The notes under the pieces: model-generated
Database searches by the model: none
Told to the model about the DNA's origin: nothing
What the model saw: the letters and a program-made list of their open reading frames with translations, nothing else
Assembly: GCA_964608585.1 (NCBI GenBank)
Contig: CAZSOL010000001.1
Span: forward strand, 75,666 to 139,665
Length of the DNA: 64,000 nt
Direction of reading: 5' to 3'
Origin: an uncultured Candidatus Saccharibacteria bacterium
GTDB lineage: Bacteria > Patescibacteriota > Minisyncoccia > Phycocordibacterales > Zambryskibacteraceae
Translations under genes and position numbers: made by a program
In this document: one piece after another, positions 9,795 through 18,228 of the stretch
Numbering within the stretch: position 1 is the stretch's first letter
How the letters are laid out: every line of letters starts with the position of its first letter

Positions 9795-11321
9795 CTAGAA
9801 TACTAGCCCAAAAAACTCTTTCCAAATTCTATACATAGCATAGGTGTCTAGCTTGCAGTACTCAAGCATCTCCTTCTCCTTTGCTTCTATTTCAGCTTTG
9901 CTTAGTTTGCCGGAATTTATCTTTCTGTACGAGTCAATGGCATCTGTACCACTCTTGACTCCAAGTTCTGCGTAACTTAGTTCTGGCACAAGGACTGGCA
10001 AGACCTTCTTGATAGATGACTTGCCCTTGAAGTCTGGATGGACGAAGTACTGCTTCTCCACGATATCCTTGAGGTCATAAGTTCTAGCTACTAAGTTTTG
10101 CAGGAAGGCGCTGTACTCAGGTACTATCCTTGCAAGTTCTTTGTTGCGACTGTTCTCAAAGGCTTTGTGCCAAGAGACCACACTGCCTCTCTCTCCAATA
10201 TTCTCTCTCAAGCTCTCCACAATTTTCTTTGATGGGTCACCTTCTAGGATTAAGCACTCCTTATGTATTGGCTCAGAGTCGGCTGACTCAAGAATGTGGA
10301 GTGAGTATTGGAAGACAATATGCTGGTAAGGGCTATACCCATCAAAGGGCGGGATGGGGGTAGGGTAGGTCTCGTAGTCTAGGAAATAGAGGGGGAATTG
10401 GAGAGTCTCAAGCTCCTCCCTTATCTTGTCTGTGTCAGCTATAGCCGAACCCTTCCTATAGGCCATTATTTGGCTCAATTTGGCCCCTTTTAGCCTATCA
10501 TCTACAGGGACGTCCTCTATGGATAGAACCCCCTGATCTATGAGTTCTTCGAGGTATTTCTTGCTATTGCCGATACGATTTAGGTCATGGACACTATACT
10601 CTGGTACATTGGGGTTTATGAGTGCAAAGGCGGTGCAGTGGGATGAGCGACCTTTGTAGTAACAAGGGCAGGGAGCCTTCGGTAGGTCTTCGCTACTTAG
10701 ATACTTATGGGCCTCTTCCATAAGAAGGGTTGCTTGGGGTCTTAGTGCATCTATGGCCTCAGACTTGTCTTCTTCTATAAATAGTTTGCTGAAGTCTAGC
10801 TCTCCGCGCCTTACATATTTTCGGTTTAATCTGATCAAATATTTTTTGTTCAGCTTCACACCGCATTCTTCTATAACGTTTGTTTGGAAGGCGAGATCGT
10901 GTTCAAACTGCAGTTCTTTCTTTTTGTTTATTCTGACTTCACCGTTCTCATCCTCTTCCTCAGATGAAGACATCTTTATTTCAAAAATGTCATAGGCCCC
11001 CGCATCCTCATTCCACTTCATAACATCCGCCGCTGCTAGATACTTGTCTGTAGAGAATACTGCTTGGAAGATGATTGGATGTTTTTCCGAGATCAGCTTC
11101 TGGGTTAGCTCTTGAGCCCCAGGGCTACGTCTTTCTACAAGGAAACCATTGGGGAACTTGCCCCGAGCTAACTCTTCTATCTCATTACCTTGAACGGCCA
11201 GAGATAGCTCAAATTCTGAAACTTCAAGCTTTGAGTAGTCTTCCTTCCTATGGTTTTTAAACCAAACATTGTTTGGGCATTCTCGGTAAAGTATGTAGTC
11301 AGTCTTAGAAAGTTTATACAC
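9795..11321 (-). CDS. DUF2779-family protein with an N-terminal PD-(D/E)xK (RecB-like) nuclease-type domain
   Basis: N-terminus MYKLSKTDYILYRECPNNVWFK; D..EIK motif (AAADVMKW...YDIFEIKMSS); C-terminal FLDYETYPTPIPPFDGYSPYQHIVFQYSLH matches the DUF2779 signature. Confidence 0.6.
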   Translation of the reverse strand: MYKLSKTDYILYRECPNNVWFKNHRKEDYSKLEVSEFELSLAVQGNEIEELARGKFPNGFLVERRSPGAQELTQKLISEKHPIIFQAVFSTDKYLAAADVMKWNEDAGAYDIFEIKMSSSEEEDENGEVRINKKKELQFEHDLAFQTNVIEECGVKLNKKYLIRLNRKYVRRGELDFSKLFIEEDKSEAIDALRPQATLLMEEAHKYLSSEDLPKAPCPCYYKGRSSHCTAFALINPNVPEYSVHDLNRIGNSKKYLEELIDQGVLSIEDVPVDDRLKGAKLSQIMAYRKGSAIADTDKIREELETLQFPLYFLDYETYPTPIPPFDGYSPYQHIVFQYSLHILESADSEPIHKECLILEGDPSKKIVESLRENIGERGSVVSWHKAFENSRNKELARIVPEYSAFLQNLVARTYDLKDIVEKQYFVHPDFKGKSSIKKVLPVLVPELSYAELGVKSGTDAIDSYRKINSGKLSKAEIEAKEKEMLEYCKLDTYAMYRIWKEFFGLVF

Positions 11322-12017
11322 TTATTCTAACGCCTCGCTTATTCTTATCCTCATCTCTTCTATTGGGGCTGCTCCTCTTATAGGTATTTGCTCACCATCT
11401 TTGTTTATTATCATTGAGTAGGGAGTGCCTTGTGGTATTCCGTCTTCTCTAGCTTGTTTTATAGAGTCTTCTATCTTTTGAGTATACTTGCCACTACTTA
11501 GGCAAGCATTGAACCTCTCTACATCTAAACCTAGGTTGCCAGCAATCTTTGGCAACTCAGCTGGGTCTAGAGAGTCGTTACCTTGTGTTGTAGCAAAGAT
11601 CTGGTCAGCATACTTCCAGAAGATGGTGTTACCACCTTGCTCAGCGGCGCACTCCGAGGCCTCAGCCTCCTTCTTAGCTCTGGCATGGAGCTCTGGTATG
11701 GGCATATGTCTGAAGACCCAAGCCACTCTGTCTCCATACTCACTTACAATTTGGTGCATTGTGTTGTGGAAGATCTTGCAGAAGGGGCACTCAAAGTCGG
11801 AGTACTCTATAACCACGACTTCGGCTTGAGGGTTACCCAGTATATGGTCTTCGGTAGTAACGGGGCTTACGACAATCTTCTCTTCTGCTATCTGGTTTGG
11901 GCTTCTAACTGGGCCTCCACCGGTGAAGTAGACCGCCACCGCTACCATCGCCCCAGCTAGGATAATAGATATGGGGACAAGGACACTACTCGTCTTGCTT
12001 TGTGGTTCTGGATTCAT
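11322..12017 (-). CDS. DsbA-like thiol:disulfide oxidoreductase, membrane-anchored
   Basis: N-terminal TM helix; thioredoxin active site DFECPFCKIF. Confidence 0.75.
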   Translation of the reverse strand: MNPEPQSKTSSVLVPISIILAGAMVAVAVYFTGGGPVRSPNQIAEEKIVVSPVTTEDHILGNPQAEVVVIEYSDFECPFCKIFHNTMHQIVSEYGDRVAWVFRHMPIPELHARAKKEAEASECAAEQGGNTIFWKYADQIFATTQGNDSLDPAELPKIAGNLGLDVERFNACLSSGKYTQKIEDSIKQAREDGIPQGTPYSMIINKDGEQIPIRGAAPIEEMRIRISEALE

Positions 12018-12459
12018 TGTTTTGTTTGTTACTCAAGAAGTATATCACCCCAACTGAAGTGATAGAAATGAGGATACTTGCTAACACGTCTAGCAGGTGG
12101 TGGACCCCAACTCCGACTCTAGATAAGGCTACTACTAAGGCTACGGCCCACATTAACAACCCGATTTTTTTGTTAAAAATGGTTGAGATTCCTGCCAAAG
12201 TCGCGACAAGAAGAGTGTGGTCGGAGGGGAAGCCGTTGTCAGCCACATGCTCTATGAGAGGTGTAATCCCATCTACGACAAAGGGTCTTGGATTGTTGTA
12301 TAAGCTTCTAGCTAGTAGCCCTAAGACATAAGAAACAGGTAGAGCCAAGACACTTATCTTTATAAATTTTCTCCTATCTGTATTGAAAAACACAAAGACG
12401 AAGATGCCTACAGGTACAATCCATAAGTATTTTGCGCCGAAGATTAATAAATGTTCCAT
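11986..12459 (-). CDS. PAP2-family phosphatase (undecaprenyl-diphosphate or lipid phosphatase type)
   Basis: PAP2 motifs FPSDHT and SRVGVGVHHLLDV; multi-TM; overlaps the downstream gene by 32 nt. Confidence 0.7.
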   Translation of the reverse strand: MEHLLIFGAKYLWIVPVGIFVFVFFNTDRRKFIKISVLALPVSYVLGLLARSLYNNPRPFVVDGITPLIEHVADNGFPSDHTLLVATLAGISTIFNKKIGLLMWAVALVVALSRVGVGVHHLLDVLASILISITSVGVIYFLSNKQNNESRTTKQDE

Positions 12460-13034
12460 TAGAAAGGTAGGGTAAAAGTTAGTTTGCTGTCGTTCATATC
12501 CTCCCAGTTTGAGGTATCTAGTTTTATTTCATAGAGTTTGCCCCCCTCTTTGAAGGTTAATTTGTTGTTCTCTCGAGCAAAGTCGTATAGCTCTTTGGTG
12601 AGCCTTACATCATCAAGGCAGTATTGTCTTATCTTCTCTATCTCGCCCTTCTTCCACCACTCTATAGCTTCTAGGCCGTGGCCACTCTTCTTCTTCCCGA
12701 GAGTCCCTTCGGCTAGTTGGTCTAGCTTCATCCTTCTACCATAGGCTTTTTGTATCTCCTTTAGGATATCCAAGCTCTTTAGTTTCGTCAGGTCTCCGGG
12801 GTAGTACTTGTTTAGTATGGGTATGTCAAAGTGGTCAGAGTTGAAGCCTATGAGCACGTCTGCTCTCTCTATGATTGGCCAGAGAAGACCAAGCTCTTCT
12901 TGTAAGTAGCTCGTATAAGCATCTGTCTCAGAGTCCCAAACTCCGATAAGAGAGAGGTCTAAGAGAGTTGGGTCACTCCCACCAACGTCGGCGAAGACGT
13001 TCTTCGTCTCAATATCAAAAACAATTTTACGCAT
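12459..13034 (-). CDS. DEDD-type 3'-5' exonuclease, RNase H-like fold (PolB-exonuclease-like, DNA_pol_B_exo2 type)
   Basis: IVFDIETKN (Exo I), GFNSDHFDIPIL (Exo II), YCLDDVRLTKELY (Exo III); a paralogue lies at 53500..54195. Confidence 0.7.
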   Translation of the reverse strand: MRKIVFDIETKNVFADVGGSDPTLLDLSLIGVWDSETDAYTSYLQEELGLLWPIIERADVLIGFNSDHFDIPILNKYYPGDLTKLKSLDILKEIQKAYGRRMKLDQLAEGTLGKKKSGHGLEAIEWWKKGEIEKIRQYCLDDVRLTKELYDFARENNKLTFKEGGKLYEIKLDTSNWEDMNDSKLTFTLPF

Positions 13035-13791
13035 TCGGCAAAAGGTTGTGAGTTTCTAAGAAGTCGCGCATAGTAATGTCGCCCATACCAAAGCCAACCG
13101 CAGGCACCGGCTCTACATCAAAGAGCTCAAGCAAGTTGTCGTACCGACCTCCTCCAGCTAATGCTCTGGGGTTCTCGCTGTTTTTATCAAAGACTTCAAA
13201 GACGATGCCGGTATAGTAAGTCTGCCCTCGAGCCAAGGAGTCGTCGAAGACTATATTTGGAGAGACATCCTTCACATCGTCTAGGTTGCAGTTGTTCACT
13301 CTTATCTCAAAGTCTTCATCCTTGGCACCAAACTCCTTCATCACTTTGTAGAGGAGAGAGAGCATTTCTTTGTCGCCATCTAATCCTGAGACTCCCAAGA
13401 GATCTGCATTGAGTTGCCAGTGCTCACGCTTCCTGCCTCTTTGAGGCTTCTCGTATCTAAAGAGGTTGGGGATAGAGAACCAGCGAAGAGGGAACTTGAG
13501 ACCCTTCCTCTTGCCAGCTACCATACGGGCAAGAGTGGGAGTCATCTCGGGGCGTAGAGTTACACTCCTCTCGCCTCTGTCTATGAAGGTGAAGGTTTGC
13601 TCGCTGACTATTTCTTCGCCAGATTTTTCTGTATAAAGCTCTGTAGGCTCAAGGGGAGACGCACCATACTCTTGGTAACCCTCTCTCTCAGCAACTTTCT
13701 TCCACACACCGAAGATATAGTTTTGTATTGCCATATCCTCGGGGTAGAAGTCGCGCACGCCCTTGTATGGCTCTGTACTTAGCTTTGACAT
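13027..13791 (-). CDS. Histidyl-tRNA synthetase-like class II catalytic core (254 aa) lacking an anticodon-binding domain
   Basis: Motif 2 TLRPEMT...FRYEKPQRGRKREHWQLNADLLG; motif 3 LAGGGRYDNL; GFGMGDITM; ORF ends about 20 aa later and overlaps the exonuclease start by 8 nt. Confidence 0.75.
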   Translation of the reverse strand: MSKLSTEPYKGVRDFYPEDMAIQNYIFGVWKKVAEREGYQEYGASPLEPTELYTEKSGEEIVSEQTFTFIDRGERSVTLRPEMTPTLARMVAGKRKGLKFPLRWFSIPNLFRYEKPQRGRKREHWQLNADLLGVSGLDGDKEMLSLLYKVMKEFGAKDEDFEIRVNNCNLDDVKDVSPNIVFDDSLARGQTYYTGIVFEVFDKNSENPRALAGGGRYDNLLELFDVEPVPAVGFGMGDITMRDFLETHNLLPNA

Positions 13792-13888
13792 ATAGAGATT
13801 ATATCAAATTTAGACCAAACAGAGCCATTGTTGACTAGATTATGACGTTGTTATATATTGCGTCAGGACATTCAACTGAGAGGTCTTT

Positions 13889-14059
13889 GTGAGTACAGAG
13901 TCAGGTAGTGACATCGGTCGTGGTAGTGGGAAACCAGACTGGGTATTTGTTTTGCTGGGTTGTGCTGTACTTCTGGCTGCGGTGCTCGTGATTGGTGTTG
14001 TCGGTCCGCATCTCTTCAAGGTTGAGAGGGTGATACCTCCAGTTCGGACTCCGAGGTAA
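13889..14059 (+). CDS. Candidate small hydrophobic peptide (56 aa, GTG start), not in the ORF track
   Basis: GAGAGG SD 5 nt upstream of GTG; in-frame TGA just upstream; TM-like WVFVLLGCAVLLAAVLVIGVVG; GC-richer than flanks; intrinsic terminator follows. Confidence 0.4.
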   Translation: MSTESGSDIGRGSGKPDWVFVLLGCAVLLAAVLVIGVVGPHLFKVERVIPPVRTPR

Positions 14060-14071
14060 CTCGGAGTTTTT
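14048..14071 (+). terminator. Intrinsic terminator actccgag-gtaa-ctcggagt followed by TTTTT, immediately before the truB start
   Basis: 8-bp stem, tetraloop, T5; plus-strand specific because there is no A-run upstream. Confidence 0.7.
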
Positions 14072-14079
14072 CATAAGAT

Positions 14080-14811
14080 ATGAAAGAAGAAATATTAAAA
14101 CTTTATAAAAATCTAGGCGAGACACCTCTTGAGTGTATTGATCGTTTTAGACTTGAGAGGCCAGAATACAAAGACACAAACATGACCTACTTGGGACGCC
14201 TTGACCCTATGGCCGAAGGTCTCATGCTTGTGCTTGCGGGCGATACAAGAGATAAGGATAAATACTTGAGCTTAGACAAGACGTATGAGTTTGAGGTGCT
14301 TTGGGGCTTTGCTACCGATACTTACGACATCTTGGGGCTAGTGACAGATACAGGCCCAATGCCGACAAAGCTTGATTTCAAGATGGAGAAGCTCTTGGAG
14401 GAGATAAGAGAGAAGAAGACTCAGAAGTATCCTCCCTTTTCTTCCAAAGTTTTTAACAAAGACTTTATGAAGGTAAGAGGGCAGACCCACGAGTTAGACA
14501 CTCCAGAACGAGGGATAAAGATATTTTCTATAGAGCACATAAACACAAGGCTAGAGAATCAAGAGGATGTTTTGGTACAAATTTTAAACAAAATAGATTT
14601 GGTAAGGGGTAATTTTAGGCAAGATGAAATTAAACAAAAGTGGGAAGAAGCAATAATCGCTGGAGAGAAAGTTTTGATCTCCCACTTTAGAGCTAGCGTC
14701 TCAAGTGGTACATATATTCGCTCTCTAGCAAACGAAATGGGTCAGAAGCTTGGTACTGTTGCCTTGGCTTACAGCATCAAGCGCACAAGGGTCGGGGAGT
14801 ACAAGATATAA
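14080..14811 (+). CDS. truB: tRNA pseudouridine(55) synthase
   Basis: YLGRLDPMAEGLMLVLAGD and KTYEFEVLWGFATDTYD motifs. Confidence 0.85.
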   Translation: MKEEILKLYKNLGETPLECIDRFRLERPEYKDTNMTYLGRLDPMAEGLMLVLAGDTRDKDKYLSLDKTYEFEVLWGFATDTYDILGLVTDTGPMPTKLDFKMEKLLEEIREKKTQKYPPFSSKVFNKDFMKVRGQTHELDTPERGIKIFSIEHINTRLENQEDVLVQILNKIDLVRGNFRQDEIKQKWEEAIIAGEKVLISHFRASVSSGTYIRSLANEMGQKLGTVALAYSIKRTRVGEYKI

Positions 14812-14839
14812 AAATAACTCACACAATGTTCTGTGTGAG

Positions 14840-15049
14840 TTATGAGAGCTCCTTCATCCGGAGATAGAAGCCAGATACAGACAACCAGAGAAAGTAACTC
14901 CCAAAAACAAGGTCAAGTGTGCCCAAGATGCGCATGCCCGTAGTATTATCCTCTATGGAAAGAAGAAATACTCCGTAGTAGATGGCACCGAGACTTATCA
15001 AACTGAAGACAATGAGTCCAACTACAGCACCAATTTTTTGCAAAAGCAT
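14840..15049 (-). CDS. Small membrane protein (69 aa), hypothetical
   Basis: Two hydrophobic helices; flanked by a bidirectional hairpin at about 14818..14846. Confidence 0.4.
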   Translation of the reverse strand: MLLQKIGAVVGLIVFSLISLGAIYYGVFLLSIEDNTTGMRILGTLDLVFGSYFLWLSVSGFYLRMKELS

Positions 15050-15113
15050 TAGGCCTCCAGAGAAGAGACTAAGTCTTTTTTGATTGTATAAGCTTAGAGC
15101 TTTTTGTCAAGTG

Positions 15114-16904
15114 TTACTTCAGGTCCTTTCGAGTGGCTTTAGAACGGGCTTGCTGGGTTAGAAGCTGTTTCCTCAAGCGCACAGAAGTAGGGGTGATCTC
15201 TATGTATTCGTCATCCTTCATAATCTCCATAGCCCTCTCAATATCTAGTTTGTAAGGAGGGACGAGGAAGATACCTTCGTCAGAGCCGGAGGCACGCATG
15301 TTGGTAAGTTGCTTACCTTTTGTAGGGTTTACATACAAGTCCTCACCCTTAGAAGTGTTGCCGATAACCTGACCTTCATATATCTCCGTGGCTGGCTCTA
15401 TGTAGAGCACTCCTCTCTGTTGGAGATTATCAAGAGCAAAGGCGAGAGCCTTACCGTTCTCCATAGAGATCATAGAGCCCACGTCGTGATGGTCTATCAC
15501 TCCAGCATACTCCTTGAAGGCGATAAAGCGTGAGGAGAAGATGCCTAGCCCTTTAGTATCAACAACGAACTGACCTCGATAGCCCAAAAGCCCTCTTGTG
15601 GGTGCTTCTAATATCAAACGAGTTTGACCGTTCTCGGTCTTCATATCCATAAGTTGAGCACGACGAGAGGTGAGGGTAGAGATAACGGTACCACTCATCT
15701 CCTCCGGCACGTCTATCACCACCTCCTCATATGGCTCGGTCTTCTTGCCGTTCTCCTCCTTAATAATTACGTGAGGTTGTGAGACCTGAAGCTCAAAGCC
15801 CTCACGACGCATGTTCTCACAGAGTATTGCGATGTGGAGCTCTCCACGACCGTATACGGTCATATACTCACTAGAGGAGAAGTCCACCTTGAGTCCCACG
15901 TTCACCTCAAGCTCCTTCTCAAGTCTCTCGCGGATTTGGCGACCTGTGACGAACTTGCCTTCTTTGCCAGCGAAGGGTGAGTCGTTTACAAGGAAGCGAA
16001 GTGAGATGGTAGGCTCGTCTACGTTGATAGCGGGTAAGCTCTCACCCTTTTGATCTCCAAGTATTGTGTCGCCTATATATATCTCTGGAAGTCCTGCTAG
16101 CATAACGATGTCTCCCGCTACAGCCTCGTTGCTCTCAACACGTTTTATCCCTTCAAAGGTGTAGAGTTTGGTGATCTTCCCTTTGTAACTCTCGCCATTT
16201 TGTTTCTTTACAAAGACTTCTTGGCCCATCTTTAGCACTCCTTCGTATACACGAGCAATGGCCAAACGTCCAAGGAAGTTGTCGTATGCAAGGTTAAATG
16301 GTTGGAGTCTTACTGGCACGTCTAACTTTTGCTCGGCTGGAGGTACGTGCTCGAGTACAACATCTAGAAGTGGGTTAAGGTCTTTGGACTCTTGAGATAA
16401 ACTCTTCTTAGCTACACCCTCGCGTCCAATAGCGTAGACGGTGGAGAAGTCTATTTGGGTATTGTCGGCTCCAAGCTCTAGGAAGAGCTCAAGTACCATC
16501 TCGTGTACTACGTCTGGTCTTGCGGCAGGCTTGTCTATTTTGTTTATAACTACTATTGGCTTTAGTCCAAGTTCAAGAGACTTCTTGAGCACGAAGCGAG
16601 TTTGAGGCATAGGACCTTCTTGAGCATCTACAACAAGAAGTACTGTATCTATAGAGCGTAGGACTCGCTCAACCTCACTTCCGAAGTCGGAGTGTCCGGG
16701 GGTATCTACAATATTAATTTTTGTATCTTTATAGAAAAGTGATGTGTTCTTGGAGTAGATAGTGATACCTCTTTCCTTCTCCAGAGCATTGGAGTCCATA
16801 CTCTCTCCTTCGGCGAACATGCCATTTTGGCGGAGGAGGGCGTCTGTGAGAGTCGTCTTACCGTGGTCGACGTGCGCAATAATAGCGATATTTCTGATTT
16901 GCAT
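15114..16904 (-). CDS. typA: Translational GTPase TypA/BipA
   Basis: [22 protein letters not shown]; 596 aa; EF-G-like domain order. Confidence 0.9.
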   Translation of the reverse strand: MQIRNIAIIAHVDHGKTTLTDALLRQNGMFAEGESMDSNALEKERGITIYSKNTSLFYKDTKINIVDTPGHSDFGSEVERVLRSIDTVLLVVDAQEGPMPQTRFVLKKSLELGLKPIVVINKIDKPAARPDVVHEMVLELFLELGADNTQIDFSTVYAIGREGVAKKSLSQESKDLNPLLDVVLEHVPPAEQKLDVPVRLQPFNLAYDNFLGRLAIARVYEGVLKMGQEVFVKKQNGESYKGKITKLYTFEGIKRVESNEAVAGDIVMLAGLPEIYIGDTILGDQKGESLPAINVDEPTISLRFLVNDSPFAGKEGKFVTGRQIRERLEKELEVNVGLKVDFSSSEYMTVYGRGELHIAILCENMRREGFELQVSQPHVIIKEENGKKTEPYEEVVIDVPEEMSGTVISTLTSRRAQLMDMKTENGQTRLILEAPTRGLLGYRGQFVVDTKGLGIFSSRFIAFKEYAGVIDHHDVGSMISMENGKALAFALDNLQQRGVLYIEPATEIYEGQVIGNTSKGEDLYVNPTKGKQLTNMRASGSDEGIFLVPPYKLDIERAMEIMKDDEYIEITPTSVRLRKQLLTQQARSKATRKDLK

Positions 16905-16927
16905 GAGCGACTATTAAAGCACAAAAT

Positions 16928-17470
16928 CTATCTTTCCTCAAGTCTACCGTCTTCGTACACAAAGGTCTTTGTTGTTGAGACACTTGGGTCTACTGCCATA
17001 GCCTCGCTTGGTAATCTATCTAGGTACCTAACAGTGATCATTCCTGCTTCGTCTATACTTACAGACTCTGGAGAAATCCTGTCTCCAACAAAGATTGCGT
17101 TAGAGCCCTTATATTCCACATTTCCAGATACATAAGCTATTAGGAAGACGAATGTGCCAGAGCCTCCTCCTTCTTGTATCACCAAGCCTACAGCATCGTT
17201 TTTCTTGTCTCCGTTAATGTCTCCGTATTCTATCTTTTTTGTGAGGAGAGTCTCTATACTTATAGCAGAGTTTGGAGAGATTTTGGTTGTCGCCTTACCA
17301 TTAGTTAGTTTTATTTCCTCTCCCTCAAAGTTGAAGGTCCCGTTGGCTATATCTGGCTTTGAGACAGTCTCCATAATTTCTACACGAGGCTCCTTTGTTT
17401 GCTTATCTTTGTGCCAAAAGAAGCTGAATCCCAATGCAACAAGAACAACGACAAGTAGTAACTTATTCAT
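16928..17470 (-). CDS. Secreted or membrane-anchored hypothetical protein (180 aa)
   Basis: N-terminal signal or TM MNKLLLVVVLVALGFSFF; no recognisable domain. Confidence 0.4.
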   Translation of the reverse strand: MNKLLLVVVLVALGFSFFWHKDKQTKEPRVEIMETVSKPDIANGTFNFEGEEIKLTNGKATTKISPNSAISIETLLTKKIEYGDINGDKKNDAVGLVIQEGGGSGTFVFLIAYVSGNVEYKGSNAIFVGDRISPESVSIDEAGMITVRYLDRLPSEAMAVDPSVSTTKTFVYEDGRLEER

Positions 17471-18228
17471 GGTTGTATTATCTCACGGATGAGCTTTTTA
17501 GTCTCCTCTATATCTTTGACAGGAACGCATTGAATACCTGTCTCCTTAGCCGGCTCGTCATTGCCTCCTTCATAAAGAGCATCACCGACAAACATCATTT
17601 TGGGTATATCAATACCTAGCTCTTTGCTGGCTCGTCTAATGCCGTAGGCTTTGTTGATCCCTTTCTTCGTGACGTCTATAGAAGTCATCCCACCCATATG
17701 GATCTCAAACTCAGGTATCTTGTCTTGCAAGAACTTTATAAGTATTTCGCGCTTCCTTCGGTCCGGGTCCCACTTCTCCTTCTCCTTTACTGGAGCATTT
17801 TGCCCCAAGGCAGAGAAGGTGATCTCTACATCTCTATCCTCAATCCTTTCTCCATAAGGGAAGTCGGGTAAGTTGAAGGGAGCTCTCTCTAATGCGTAGT
17901 AGAAAGCTGAGAAGATCCTATCCTTGTCTTCTTGTGAGAGCAGGTCGGCATATATGAGCTCTTCTCTATTGCCATTAAATTTGTACATACTAGACCCTGC
18001 TCCTGGCATGATGAAGAAGTTCGCAAAAGTCTCAGGAGTTAAGTTCATCCTCTTTATAACTTGCTTATCAAACTGCTTTAGATGCCCTCCAGATATAATA
18101 ATCACCTTGCGACGACGAAGGAGTTCTACAAGCAACCCAGCCATCTCTTCGTCTATGGGTGACTTACTTATAGCTAGAGTGCCATCCAGGTCGAAGATGA
18201 CAACCTCTTTGTCTCCATAGGCACTCAT
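17467..18228 (-). CDS. HAD-superfamily hydrolase (IIB or phosphomannomutase-like)
   Basis: VVIFDLDGTLA motif I; FVGDALYEGGNDEPA motif IV region; start overlaps the upstream GH130 gene stop. Confidence 0.6.
   Translation of the reverse strand: MSAYGDKEVVIFDLDGTLAISKSPIDEEMAGLLVELLRRRKVIIISGGHLKQFDKQVIKRMNLTPETFANFFIMPGAGSSMYKFNGNREELIYADLLSQEDKDRIFSAFYYALERAPFNLPDFPYGERIEDRDVEITFSALGQNAPVKEKEKWDPDRRKREILIKFLQDKIPEFEIHMGGMTSIDVTKKGINKAYGIRRASKELGIDIPKMMFVGDALYEGGNDEPAKETGIQCVPVKDIEETKKLIREIIQP

Noticed and set aside
13901-14125. Minus-strand 74-aa ORF in the hisS-like/truB spacer
   Set aside because: It would start inside the truB coding region on the opposite strand and run through a plus-strand terminator. 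The plus-strand 56-codon frame with SD is preferred.
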